Part shown: one piece after another, positions 53,171 to 64,000 of the stretch
Numbering within the stretch: the stretch's first letter is position 1
Layout of the letters: the number at the start of each line of letters is the position of its first letter
NCBI GenBank assembly: GCA_951406725.2
Contig: OX597821.1
Coordinates: forward strand, 76,942,001-77,006,000
Reading direction: 5' to 3'
DNA length: 64,000 nucleotides
Source: Octopus vulgaris
Lineage: Eukaryota
Position numbers and translations under genes: made by a program
The notes under the pieces: generated by a model
Seen by the model: the letters and a program-made list of their open reading frames with translations, nothing else
Database searches by the model: none
Told to the model about the DNA's origin: nothing

Positions 53171-54029
53171 TGGCTTTGAAAGCTGCAGCTGACCGACATC
53201 ATGTTCCGGTGAAGATTGTGATCTCGGCATGGAAACCGGGTAACCACCCACATCAATCCTAGGGCTCTTGGAAAACAGAAAAGGAAAAACCAACAAGGGA
53301 GTAAGCCCATACGTGGTTTCTCGAATCGGTAGAAATAGCAGCTAAATCTCCCACAAATCACTCACTACAGTCTTACAAAGAGTCAGGGTTTGATAATGTA
53401 CTTTGAGAGTAAACTGTTTCTGAAAATACTGGATTGTCACGGCTAGAATAATTTAGATCATAGATTTGATCTATCAAAGGCGATTTCGGTGAAACAACAA
53501 CGTTACCAGCAACAATGATATTTCTGCATCAGAGACATCAGACGAAAATGAACGTTGTAAGTAAACCTTTGCAATACAAAACTTCCATTTGTTGTATTGC
53601 CCATATTAACCTTCAATCAGAGAAACTAAACTAGAACCGAATTCACCTGTGTACAAATCCACGCGTGTATAAGCGCTTACCAGGTTTTTTCCAGTTAAAA
53701 TCAAGCATAAAATAGGACGATTTATACGGAGGAAATATAATTCAGTTAATTTTGCGAGCTTCGAAGCTCACAAATGTTGAAACGCTCTTATTTTTAAGTC
53801 ACCAAATCGGTAACTGTTGAAAATGCACATTCAAACCAGAATGGTGTTAGAAGAGACAAACGCACTCGCTAAGTCTCTGTAGATAATTGTTTGTGTTCGT
53901 GAGTTTTTGTGGGTTAATGTGTGTGTGTGTACGCACAGTTACATTTATATATACACACAAACATAATACATACATATATATATATGTATACATAGATATA
54001 TACGTTTATATATATATTACTTTTGCTTT

Positions 54030-54173
54030 TACTTTTTTACTTTTACTTGTTTCAGTCATTTGACTGTGGCCATGCGGGAGCACCGCCTTTAGTCGAGCAA
54101 AACGACCCCAGGACTTATACTTTGTAAGCCTGGTAAACACACCAGCATCGTATGTCAAGCGATGTTGGGGGGA

Positions 54174-54233
<60 letters not shown>

Positions 54234-54406
54234 CATATATACGATGGGTTTCTTTCAGTTTCCGTCTACCAAATCCACTCACAAGGCTATGGTCGGCTCG
54301 AGGCTATAGTAGAAAACACTTGCCCAAGGTGCCACGCAGTGGGACTGAACCGGGAACCATGTGGTTGGTAAGCAAGCTACTTACCACACAGCCACTTCCA
54401 CGCCTA
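54030..54406 (-). mobile_element. SINE family B, near full length
   Basis: Head, internal (TG)n and 3' part. Confidence 0.9.
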
Positions 54407-54436
54407 TATATATATATATATATGCACACACATAAA

Positions 54437-54472
<36 letters not shown>

Positions 54473-54989
54473 TGTATGTATGTATGTATGTATGTATGTA
54501 TGTATGTACACATGCACTGTGCAAAGTGCATTCCTTTGTTGTTTGGACTTTTCTACTGAATGAAATTCCTCCACTCTTCTGCATACACAGCATTAGCCTA
54601 ACCGTTAAACTCAAGGCATGCACTCACTAATGAACTTTCGCAATGCAATTGTAATGGAAACAGCAATTAAAAAAAAGTTCTCAGTACAACCGCACCGGGA
54701 CAGAATTCAATGCAATGGCTACACTCTAACGTTTTATTTCTGTGTCTAAAGTAAAGCATATTTCCTGTTGTTAATTGTGATAAATGGCGGCGACTAGACA
54801 ATGTTAATGCGTTCTGGAGTCATTAAGAAAATGGAGCGCTTTATGAGCGTAATCTATTGTGATTAGGTACAACAAGGTTTCTATCTAAACACAATAGATC
54901 AGCTCATAAATCTTTTGTGAAAGGTCTTTGAATAAAAACGTATACAACTACGGGCATGTGAGTGTGTGATTGTATGTGTGCATATCCAT

Positions 54990-55305
54990 GAAGGTGCATA
55001 TCTCAGTGGTTAAAGCGTCGGGCTTACAATCGTGACGTTGTGAGTTCGATCACCGGACAGGGCTGTGTGTTGTGTTCTTGAGCGAGACACTTTATTTCAC
55101 GTTGCTCTAGGTCATTCAGCTGTAGGAATGAGTCGTGGCATCACTGGTGCCAAGCTGTATCGGTCTTTAGCTTTTCCCTTGGATAACATCAGTGGCGTGG
55201 AGAGGAGAGTCCGGTATGTATGGGCGACTACTGGTCTTTCACAAATAACCTTGTCAGGACTTGTACCCCGGAGGTGTAATCTCATGGTCATTCGTCACCG
55301 AAGGT
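54990..55305 (+). mobile_element. SINE family C variant
   Basis: Homologous to 26497-26835. Confidence 0.85.
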
Positions 55306-55363
55306 CTTTATATACACATATGTTTTTTCTGGTATTTTTCTTTTAATTGTATTTTACTGCGGG

Positions 55364-55812
55364 GTGGCGAGCTGGCAGAAACGTTAGCACGTCGGGCGAA
55401 ATGCTTAGCAGTATTTCGTCTGCCGCTACGTTCTGAGTTCAAATTCCGCCGGGGTCGACTTTGCCTTTCATCCTTTCGGGGTCGATTAAATAAATAGCAG
55501 TTACGCACTGGGGTCGATATAATCGACTTAATCCGTTTGTTTGACCTTGTTTGTCCTCTCGCTGTTTAGCCACTTGTGGGTAGTAAAGAAATAGGTATTT
55601 CGTCTGCCGTTACGTTCTGAGTTCAAATTCCGCCGAGGTCGACTTTGCCTTTCATCCTTTCGGGGTCGATTAAATAAGTACCAGTTACGCACTGGGGTAG
55701 ATATAATCGACTTAATCCGTTTGTCTGACCTTGTTTGTCCTCTCTCTGTTTAGCCCCTTGTGGGTAGTAAAGAAATAGGTATTTCGTCTGCCGTTACGTT
55801 CTGAGTTCAAAT
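55364..55812 (+). mobile_element. SINE family A with a tandem 184-bp unit
   Basis: GTATTTCGTCTGCCG recurs at 55411, 55595 and 55779. Confidence 0.9.
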
Positions 55813-56256
55813 CGATGAAAAACCGTGTAAAAAGCAAAATGCAAAAAATATAATGTAAAATTTAAATAATAATATAAACTTTGAATATCCAATGTGACTT
55901 TCACAATGAAACTATGAAAGTTCAAATGTGTGTGTGTATGTGTGTGTGCGTGTGTATGTATGTGCGCGCGCCTATGTTATAATTAAAATTAAAGTTTAGA
56001 TATAAAATTTTAAAGTGTAGCATCCAAAGCTTATTTTGGCTATGTCGCTAGTAGTGTCCCGGCAGAGCACGTTCACCATTGACGGCTACCAGATGTCGTT
56101 GGATCTACGCTAGTAATTCCTCGGAGCGCATTGAGTATATTCTAAAGAATTGATACAGAAGACAGATGTACTGGAAACTTTATTTATTACAACGATCGTT
56201 TCGATATATTTCTGCACAGCTAGGGAGTAGTGCAGTATATATACATACATACACAC

Positions 56257-56304
<48 letters not shown>

Positions 56305-56329
56305 CACACAGCACATATATATATATATA

Positions 56330-56481
56330 CGACGAGCTTCTTTCAGTTTCCATCCACTAAATCCACTCACAAGGTTTTGGTCGGCCCGAGGCCATAGTAG
56401 AAGACACATGCCCAAGGTGCCACGCAGTGGGACTGAACCCGGAACCTTGTGGCTGGTAAGCAAGCTACTTACCACATAGCC

Positions 56482-56482
<1 letters not shown>
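56330..56482 (-). mobile_element. SINE family B head
   Basis: Consensus match. Confidence 0.88.
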
Positions 56483-56527
<45 letters not shown>

Positions 56528-56540
56528 ATTATATGTATGC

Positions 56541-56573
<33 letters not shown>

Positions 56574-56873
56574 TGTATGTATGTATGTATGTATGTATGT
56601 ATGTATGCTTATTACATCTTCCAAAGAGGATCACACTGACGATCAACAGATAAGTTGTGTAAGTAAAATTATGTAATTTATTATTTGTGAAACAATTATT
56701 TGTGATAAATCTATATTTTTGTTATTTTTCATTTGTCTTGCTCGCTTACGTTTCTGGTGTGCTAAAGTTTCTAGAGAACAATTTTTAATGGTTGAGACCA
56801 TAGCGGATTTTCTTCTAGCATAAGGGCTTCCACATAGTGGTTAAAAAATTCCCTCTTATATTTATATATAATA

Positions 56874-57347
56874 CAGGGAGGGAAATAAATATTTGCACAT
56901 GTCAAAATTCTTTATTTAATTTCAAATGAACATAAATGGGATATACCAATACTATATTTGCATACACATGCATAAACTAAGAATATGCAAAAGAAACTAA
57001 TAAATTATAGTTACTAAGGAATTTATATACAATTATAAATATTTAGGGTTGAAAAAAGTATTCGTACAGAATAAATTTATGATTTTCTATGCCACAAAAT
57101 ACTGTTAATATAATTTCTTTTTACAAGAACTTTCTCGTTTGTTCCAATAATCTTATCAGTTGTCATTTTTAAGTGTCAAAACGCTAGCTTCTTCATTCGG
57201 CACTGAGACAACATAAAGTAGTATCGTAATAATTGTGAAAGGTAACGAACTCCCAAATGTATGCAAATATAGTAACCCATTTCTGTTCATTTGAAATTAG
57301 ATAAATAAAGAATTTTGACTTGTACGAATATTTATTTCCCCCCACTG
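56874..57347. mobile_element. Tc1-like MITE
   Basis: TA|CAGGGAGGGAAATAAATATTTGCACATGTCAAAATTC ... GAATTTTGACTTGTACGAATATTTATTTCCCCCCACTG|TA. Confidence 0.87.
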
Positions 57348-57711
57348 TATATATGTTGTCCAATGAAAAATTTCTGTGCATTTTCATTCTTTTAATACAC
57401 TTTACTACAATTCACAACAGGCAAGAAGATTTTTTATAGAATCTTTTCACTATGTGTGTGAGTGTGTGTGTGTAAACGTGCGCACGCGCATGTGTTCTAT
57501 GTAAAACATTGTGTATGTTTTCAAAAGTTGAAATTTTCAAGAATATTTTCTCCTATTTCTAAGCTATTAAAAAAGAAAGATTAAACTTTAGAATAAATAG
57601 AATTCCTTTTTCTCCGATTTTTCATTGATGTGTGTGTATGTGATTGCGTGTGTGTGTGTTGTGTGTATGTTTGTCTGTATGCTTGTATATAAATATGTAT
57701 ATATATATATA

Positions 57712-57743
<32 letters not shown>

Positions 57744-57809
57744 ATTCTCTTATTCTTTTATATGCTTCAGCCCTGAGGCTGTACCCATGCTCCGGCACCG
57801 CCAGTGTAA

Positions 57810-58940
57810 TCACCTTTTAATTCGCCATTTCTATGGGATTGGCTTTTGGTGAAGGAGGGAGTTCGATACCGCAACCCTCTTCTGAGATACCTGCCTTGAT
57901 ATTGGTTCATCTGGGATCTTGTGAAGCAAGAGGTCAAGCTGTTTCTTGTAAATATCTATACCCACTCCATGGAGATCCCTCAGAAGATTTGGCAAGGAGT
58001 TAAATGGCTGTGGCCCTTGAATGCTAAGCTATTGCAGTACATGGTTCTCACCTTAGATGGGACAGCTGGGACTTTTGGAACAGTGCAGTGATGTCCAGTT
58101 CGTGGTCTGGTATAACTTTCAATTCCAAAGTTTGGTGTCAGCTCCTGCTGCATCTTCCATACATACATCACTGCATACCTCTCCTGTCTTCGCTCCAGAT
58201 GGTAGAGTCGAACCTCTTTCAGTCTCTTCCGCTAGCTCAGCTATTTCATTGATGCAGTCTTCCTCGTTAAGTATCGCTGAACTGCCTGCTATTAATGCGA
58301 GCTGGCAGAAACGTTAGCACGCCAGGCGAAATGCGTAGCCGTATTTCGTCTGCCGCTACGTTCTGAGTTCAAATTCCGCCGAGTTCGACTTTGCCTTTCA
58401 TCCTTTCGGAGTAGATAAATTAAGTACCAGTTACGCACTGGGGTCGGTGTAATCGACTTAATCTCTTTGTCTGTCCTTGTGTGTCCCCTCTATGTTTAGC
58501 CCCTTGTGGGCAATAAAGAAATAAGAAACGTTAGCACGCTGGGCGAAATGCTTAGCGGCATTTCATCTGTCCTTACGTTCTGAGTTAAAATTCCGCCGAG
58601 GTCGATTTTGTCTTTCATTCTTTCGGGGCCGATAAATTAAGTACCAGTGGTGTACTGGGGTCGATCTAATCGACTGGCTCCTTCCTAAAAAATTTCGGGT
58701 CTTGTGCCTAGAGTAAAAAAGAGGAACCACAGTTGAGAGCAGTAAGGGGACCACAGTTGAGAGCAGTAGTCAAGATGGCTGGGGGCAAATATCTTCCATA
58801 GGACCAGCATAGTTTCCTGGTCTCTTGTTCTGAAGGTTCTCAGGATCCATCTGGCCATTTACCTGCACACTGATAACATCTTGGTGACATGCGTGTGAAA
58901 CGAGGCATCGTTGCTCATATCAATCCCAAGATCACGCACC
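57810..58940 (-). mobile_element. CR1-group LINE 3' fragment, interrupted by SINE A
   Basis: VRDLGIDMSNDASFHTHV..WILRTFRTRD..LDYCSQLWSP; KRLKEVRLYHLERRQERYA..FNSLPNLLRDL..KKQLDLLLHKIPDEP. Confidence 0.88.
58297..58722 (+). mobile_element. SINE family A, dimeric
   Basis: Consensus match; nested in the CR1 fragment. Confidence 0.9.
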
Positions 58941-60499
58941 GTATATATATATACACATACTAATTCACATACATATATATATATATATACACACATATAT
59001 ACATATGCATACATATATATATATATATACACACATATACATATATCTATATACGTATGCATACACATCATATATATTTATTTATATATTTACATTAAGA
59101 CAGTGCCAATATTTCTAGCAAGGAGGCTTTAGTATACAATGAAACAAGATGGAGTATTATATTACCAAACGCATCAACGGATTGTTTTATTTTGTTTTGT
59201 TTTTTTCTTATCTCTTTATTCATTTATTTATTTTGACATCTTCAACTTTATCAGGTCGGACACTGATGGATGATTGACATTTACACTTTGTCATTTTCAC
59301 CTAATCTCTCTTTTGTTCCTTGTATTCTATTTCCATCACCTTGTAAACCAAAATAAAAAAAATATATATATAAATATATCCTTTCGTCTCATTTGTTTCA
59401 TATTGTTGTTGCTTTTTCCTTCCATCGTTGTTGCTGTTGCTGCTGTTATTGCGGATGCTGTTGTCGTTATTGATGATGACTACGATGATTATGATGTTGT
59501 TGTTGTTGTTGTTGTGTCTAATAATCTCTCCAAGTTATTTCAGTCCCCCCCTCCCCCCGTCCTCCGCCCTCATGAAGTCAGTTCTGATCATACAAATCTC
59601 CTTTCAAATACGTTCCCGCAGTAAATAACGAAAATATTTCTGAATTTTCTCTTCTCCGTTGTTGCTTTTTTTTTTTTTTTTCGGGCTTTGTATATATAAA
59701 AGACGGCGTTATAAAACGTGAACACTTTCGAAAATGGAAAGAAAATAATTCTTACAGCGTTGGTAATTAATTTGAGGGAAGAGCTGATTCCTATTTCTAG
59801 CTCCTAAACCGACTATGAAGAGTCTGACTTGTTTCATTTGCATCGCTGTTTTTCGCTAATTGAATAAATTTGTCCGCTTACAAAAGAGAATTGAACGCCA
59901 AATGGCGAGGATGAATACGGGTAGCATTATTTTTGATCCTAGGTGTGTTCGATCAGGGCATTGCCTAGGGCTAAACACCATCACAAACAAGAACGGCAAT
60001 AGCATACGCGCACACACATGCAAACACACACACACGCACATTCATACGCACTCACACATGGAAAACATATACACTCCGTAACAACTCAATCCATAGAATA
60101 TCTGATTACTTATATAAACGAAGAGAGGGTGGGTGAGTGGGGAGGAACGGAGGGAGAGAGAGAGAGAGACAGAGATAGAGGAGAGACTGCCAGACAGACA
60201 TAGAATGTGTGTGTGTGTGTGCTGTGGTTGTGCGTGCGTGCGTGTAGTGCATACAGATGCACGCACAGAGAAACGCACACACACACACACAGATGCATTC
60301 ACTTTCATATCCACACGTGTCACACTCAGCGTGATCGTCACAAGAGATGGTAAGACGATTGAAAAGCCAAGCTTTTCAGCGAATGTTTGAGCATTTACTC
60401 CCCACCCCCTCACATACACACATACAATCTCTCAGCAAACTCTCTCCTTGTATGGAGGTGAGAAAGTGTTTATTCAGTAGAGTGAAAAACAGTGATTGG

Positions 60500-60646
60500 T
60501 TGTACATTATTTATATTATTTACATTATTTATATTTGACGGATATTTGTCATCTTGTTTGTTGTTAACACAACGTTTCGGCTGATATACCCTCCAGCCTT
60601 CATCAGGTGTCTTGAGGAAATTTCGAACCTAGGTTCACATTCCTAA
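60500..60646 (-). mobile_element. Short HHR-bearing element (family H4) with a (TGTAAATAA)-type tail
   Basis: Homologous to 61056-61162 (+). Confidence 0.85.
60566..60611 (-). ncRNA. Intact minimal type I hammerhead
   Basis: GACAC-CTGATGA-a-GGCTG gagggtatat CAGCC-GAAA-CG-TT-GTGTT. Confidence 0.85.
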
Positions 60647-60675
60647 TAATAATAATATTAATAATAATAATAATA

Positions 60676-60706
<31 letters not shown>

Positions 60707-60744
60707 CAATAATAATAATAACAACAACAACATCGAAAAATACC

Positions 60745-60942
60745 ACAACGACCAGAAAATTAAAAATGTAAAAGGACTAAATGGAACCGGGAAGAATATA
60801 AAGAAATAATAAATGCTTATTACTTTGCATTAAATAGGCCAACCCAACAGAAACACACCGCAAACTCCAACAGAATTTGGAGGAGCCGGAATTCAGCTAG
60901 CAGACCAAACCTGGATGAAAACAGATTAGCAAATGTTAGAAT
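60745..60942 (+). mobile_element. R4-clade ORF N-terminal fragment
   Basis: KRTKWNREEYKEIINAYYFALNRP..RIWRSRNSASRPNLDENRLANVR, recalled as the R4/Dong N-terminal region. Confidence 0.65.
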
Positions 60943-61004
60943 AATCTGCCCTAAGTATACGGAAAACACTCGGCGAGAAACGGAAGAAAATTTAAAGAAA
61001 GAAG

Positions 61005-61055
<51 letters not shown>

Positions 61056-61057
<2 letters not shown>

Positions 61058-61162
61058 TCGAAAAAATACCTTAGGAATGAGAACCCAGGTTCGAAATTTC
61101 CCCAAGACACCCGATGAAGACTGGAGGGTATATAACAAGATGAGGACAAATATCCGTCAAAA
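61056..61162 (+). mobile_element. Family H4 copy with the 3' half of the hammerhead deleted
   Basis: (AAT)n-CATCGAAAAAATACCTTAGGAATG..GACAC-CCGATGA-AGACTGGAGGGTATAT, then skips CAGCCGAAACGTTGTGTT. Confidence 0.8.
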
Positions 61163-62084
61163 TTTAAGACTGGATGACATAGACCAGAGGAAAACAAGAC
61201 GATGATAGTGAGTTCCAGAGAGCAACAGTTTGAAGAAAGAAGCTATTAGAATACAATGACTTTCGGCTAACAGGAAGCTCAACAAACCAACAATGTGTCT
61301 GGGAAGAGAAGAGGGTTACACGTTTAAAGGTCTTGACAAGTCTATTAGAGCAGAAAGTTCATCAGAGCAACGACCATGGAAATACAGAAATGACAACGAA
61401 GATCCATTTCGGAGATGAGCCAATGACTCCAGCCTTATAGAAAAAAATAGAAGACTCACCATGTTAACAGTTTATTTCTGACTCGTCGGATGAAATAATG
61501 AGGGAGATTTGATAGAATTGAAATAAATTTTGTGAAGATTCTTTCTTTTTCTTCTATACGATTTTAATGAAATAACTTGCTTCTGGAAGAAATACTGTGA
61601 ACATTGTAGAATTTATCGTTCCTTACGGAGTCATAGCATTATTAGGTTTTTTTCTTTTCTTTTTGATTTTTAAAGGAAGAAGTTAAACTCTATTCATATA
61701 TCGTAATCTATTTCTTTTACCTGATGCAATCATTCGAATGAGATCATGCAGGGGCACAGCCCTGTAGGGTTTAAACGAAGAAGCTGACCCCGGTACTATT
61801 TTTAAGTACTGACACTTATTCTATCAGTATCTATTGCTGAACCGCTGTGTTACAGGATTGTATACAAACCAACATCAGCTGTCTAGCGGTGGCGAGGGGT
61901 AACAAACACACACACGCTCACACACAACGAGAATTCACTCACTTATTTTATCGGTTCTCTTTTGTCGAACTGCCAAGTTACGGGGACGTAACTTGGCAGT
62001 TCGACAAACAGACACACACAAGATTCATCATTCTTTCCTCCGTCAGTTTCGGAGGTCAAGCATGAAGGTCATGAGTGCTGCACA

Positions 62085-62519
62085 AAGCCAGCAATTTCGT
62101 ACGAGTTGATAAGTCGATTACATCGATCTGTGTTCAGCTGGGACTTATTTTATCGATGCCGATAGATGAAAGGCAAATTCGGCGGAAGTTGAACTCAGAA
62201 CGTAACGGCAGACGAAATACGTCTACGCATTTCGCCCGGCGTGCAAACGATTCTGCCAGCTAGCCGCTTTTGTTCCTTCTCGAGCCATGCCAGGTTCATA
62301 AGGGCCAGTTTCCTGATTTCAGTAGCGTAGAAATTCCCCACCTAGACGGGACGCCGGTCTGTTGCAGGATTACTCATTTTTGCCAGCTGAGTGGACTGGA
62401 GCAACATGAAAATGAAGTGTTTTGCTCAAGAACACAACGCATCGCCCTTTCCAGGAATCGAAACCACAACCTTGCGATCATGAGTTCAACACCCTAACCA
62501 CTATGCCACGCGCCTCCAC
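62085..62519 (-). mobile_element. Adjacent SINE A (62085-62267) and SINE C-type (62268-62519) copies
   Basis: Reverse-complement matches to the family heads. Confidence 0.8.
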
Positions 62520-62699
62520 AAGGCGGACGAAATGCCGCTAAGCATTTTTTTCCGGTGTGTGCTAACGATTCTGCTAGTTTGCCGGCTTGAAGAATTAAAA
62601 ATTATTGAAAACATTTCTTTTCTTGACAAGATATAAAATAATTTTGATCGCAATTAATAAATTAAGTTTCCATCGAAGAGAAAAAATGTTGTCGATATT

Positions 62700-63300
62700 G
62701 CTAGCGATAATATGGCAGTGACCAGACAACATCGTGGGGCATCGGAAAAACATTTCCTTGCAGTGTTTCTCCCGAGATTTCACATTCTGAGTTCAAATAC
62801 CCCTCGAGGCAAACTTTACCGTTCGTCGTTTCGATATAATCGACTAACCTTCTACCAAATAATGTCGGTCTTGGGCCAAAATTTAAAGGCAATATTGTTG
62901 ATAATATTTGCTGAGTTATATTTCGTCTGTCTTTACGTTCTGTGTTTAAATTCCACCAAGGTTACCTTTGGCTTTCATCCTTTCGAGGTCGATAAATTGA
63001 GTACCAGTTGTGTACTGGGGTCGATCTAATTGACTGGCCCTCTCTAAAAACATTTCAGGCCTTGTACCTAGATTATAAAAAAATATTTACTGAGTTCAAG
63101 GCGGCGAGCTGACATAATCGTTTTACCGCGCCGGGCAAAATTTTTATACGCATTTCGTCCGTCTTTACGTTCAGAGTTCAAATTCTGCCGAAGTCGACTT
63201 ACCTTATCCTTTCGAGGTCGACAAAAAAAGTACCAGTTTGAGCGCTGGGTTTAGTCTCTTCACTGAAACTGTTGGCCTCGAACCAATATTGGAAGCCAAT
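62700..63300 (+). mobile_element. Three diverged tandem SINE A copies
   Basis: TTCTGAGTTCAAAT and CCTTTCGAGGTCGA motifs recur. Confidence 0.75.
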
Positions 63301-63819
63301 ATTTGCTGAGTTAACGAAAATATTTGTGTGTGTGTGTGTGTTTTGTTCCACATATTTATATTCAGAGTATCATTATTGTTAATATTTATTATTGTTCTTG
63401 TTTCCATTCATATATCAAATATTTTACTGCGTGACGTAAAAACCATACGAACATTTAAATGAAATTCTTCGTATGAATACTTGTTTCCACCCAGCGCCAT
63501 TTTAATTACGAATTATTACCGAATATTATTTATATGCAATGAATTACGGTTGAAGATCGTTCTTACCTTCTAATTACAGACAATAGAAGGAATTTAGATG
63601 AATTTAGATGAACGTGTCAAAATGCCATGGAATGAGAGACAACTTGGAATTCATTCTACAGTCTCGGTCTTCATGCATAGAAAACCAAGCATGACATCAC
63701 AAATAAACCATTTTCTACGTTCAGTAACAATAGAAGCTATTCAAAAGTTTGAAACAAAAACTTGAATCGTTCACGTATAAAATGTACTGTAATGCGACAG
63801 AATTATGTCAATACAGACA

Positions 63820-64000
63820 ATGGCACTCTGTCGGTTACGACGACGAGGGTGCCAGATGGTCCGATCAATGGAACAACCTGTTCGTGAAAGTAACGTGCAA
63901 GGGATTGAGCACTCCACAGACACTCGTACCCTTATGATATTTCTTTGGGAAATTCAGCGTGACATAATGTGACAAGGCTGGCCCTTTGAAATACAGGAAC
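63820..64000 (-). mobile_element. SINE family C, 3' part (runs off the window)
   Basis: Reverse complement of 19655-19832. Confidence 0.85.

Noticed and set aside
55364-55812. CRISPR-like repeat array
   Set aside because: Units are 184-bp SINE segments without unique spacers; eukaryotic context and no cas genes.

Overview
AT-rich eukaryotic genomic DNA, saturated with microsatellites and transposable elements. The tRNA-derived SINE families and repeat landscape suggest an octopus or other coleoid cephalopod (inference). No complete host gene is visible; one good candidate internal exon lies at 18734-18850 (-). Recognisable elements: a decayed mariner, a decayed hAT-like transposon, a 5'-truncated Penelope (Neptune-type) element with an uninterrupted RT + GIY-YIG frame, R4/Dong-like and CR1-like LINE fragments, Helitron and MITE remnants, dozens of SINEs, and a ~3.8-kb duplication across an N gap that is probably an assembly artefact. 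The notable content is RNA structure. About 14 loci carry minimal type I hammerhead ribozyme (HHR) motifs in short non-autonomous elements. Three further loci (552-638, 22286-22377, 32054-32137; two unrelated sequence families) contain the whole hammerhead core in a strand order that is not a circular permutation of types I/II/III. In these, the fold is pseudoknotted, stem III is extended through a consensus kink-turn, and pairings covary between copies. All structures were derived by eye; catalytic activity is untested and many element boundaries are approximate.
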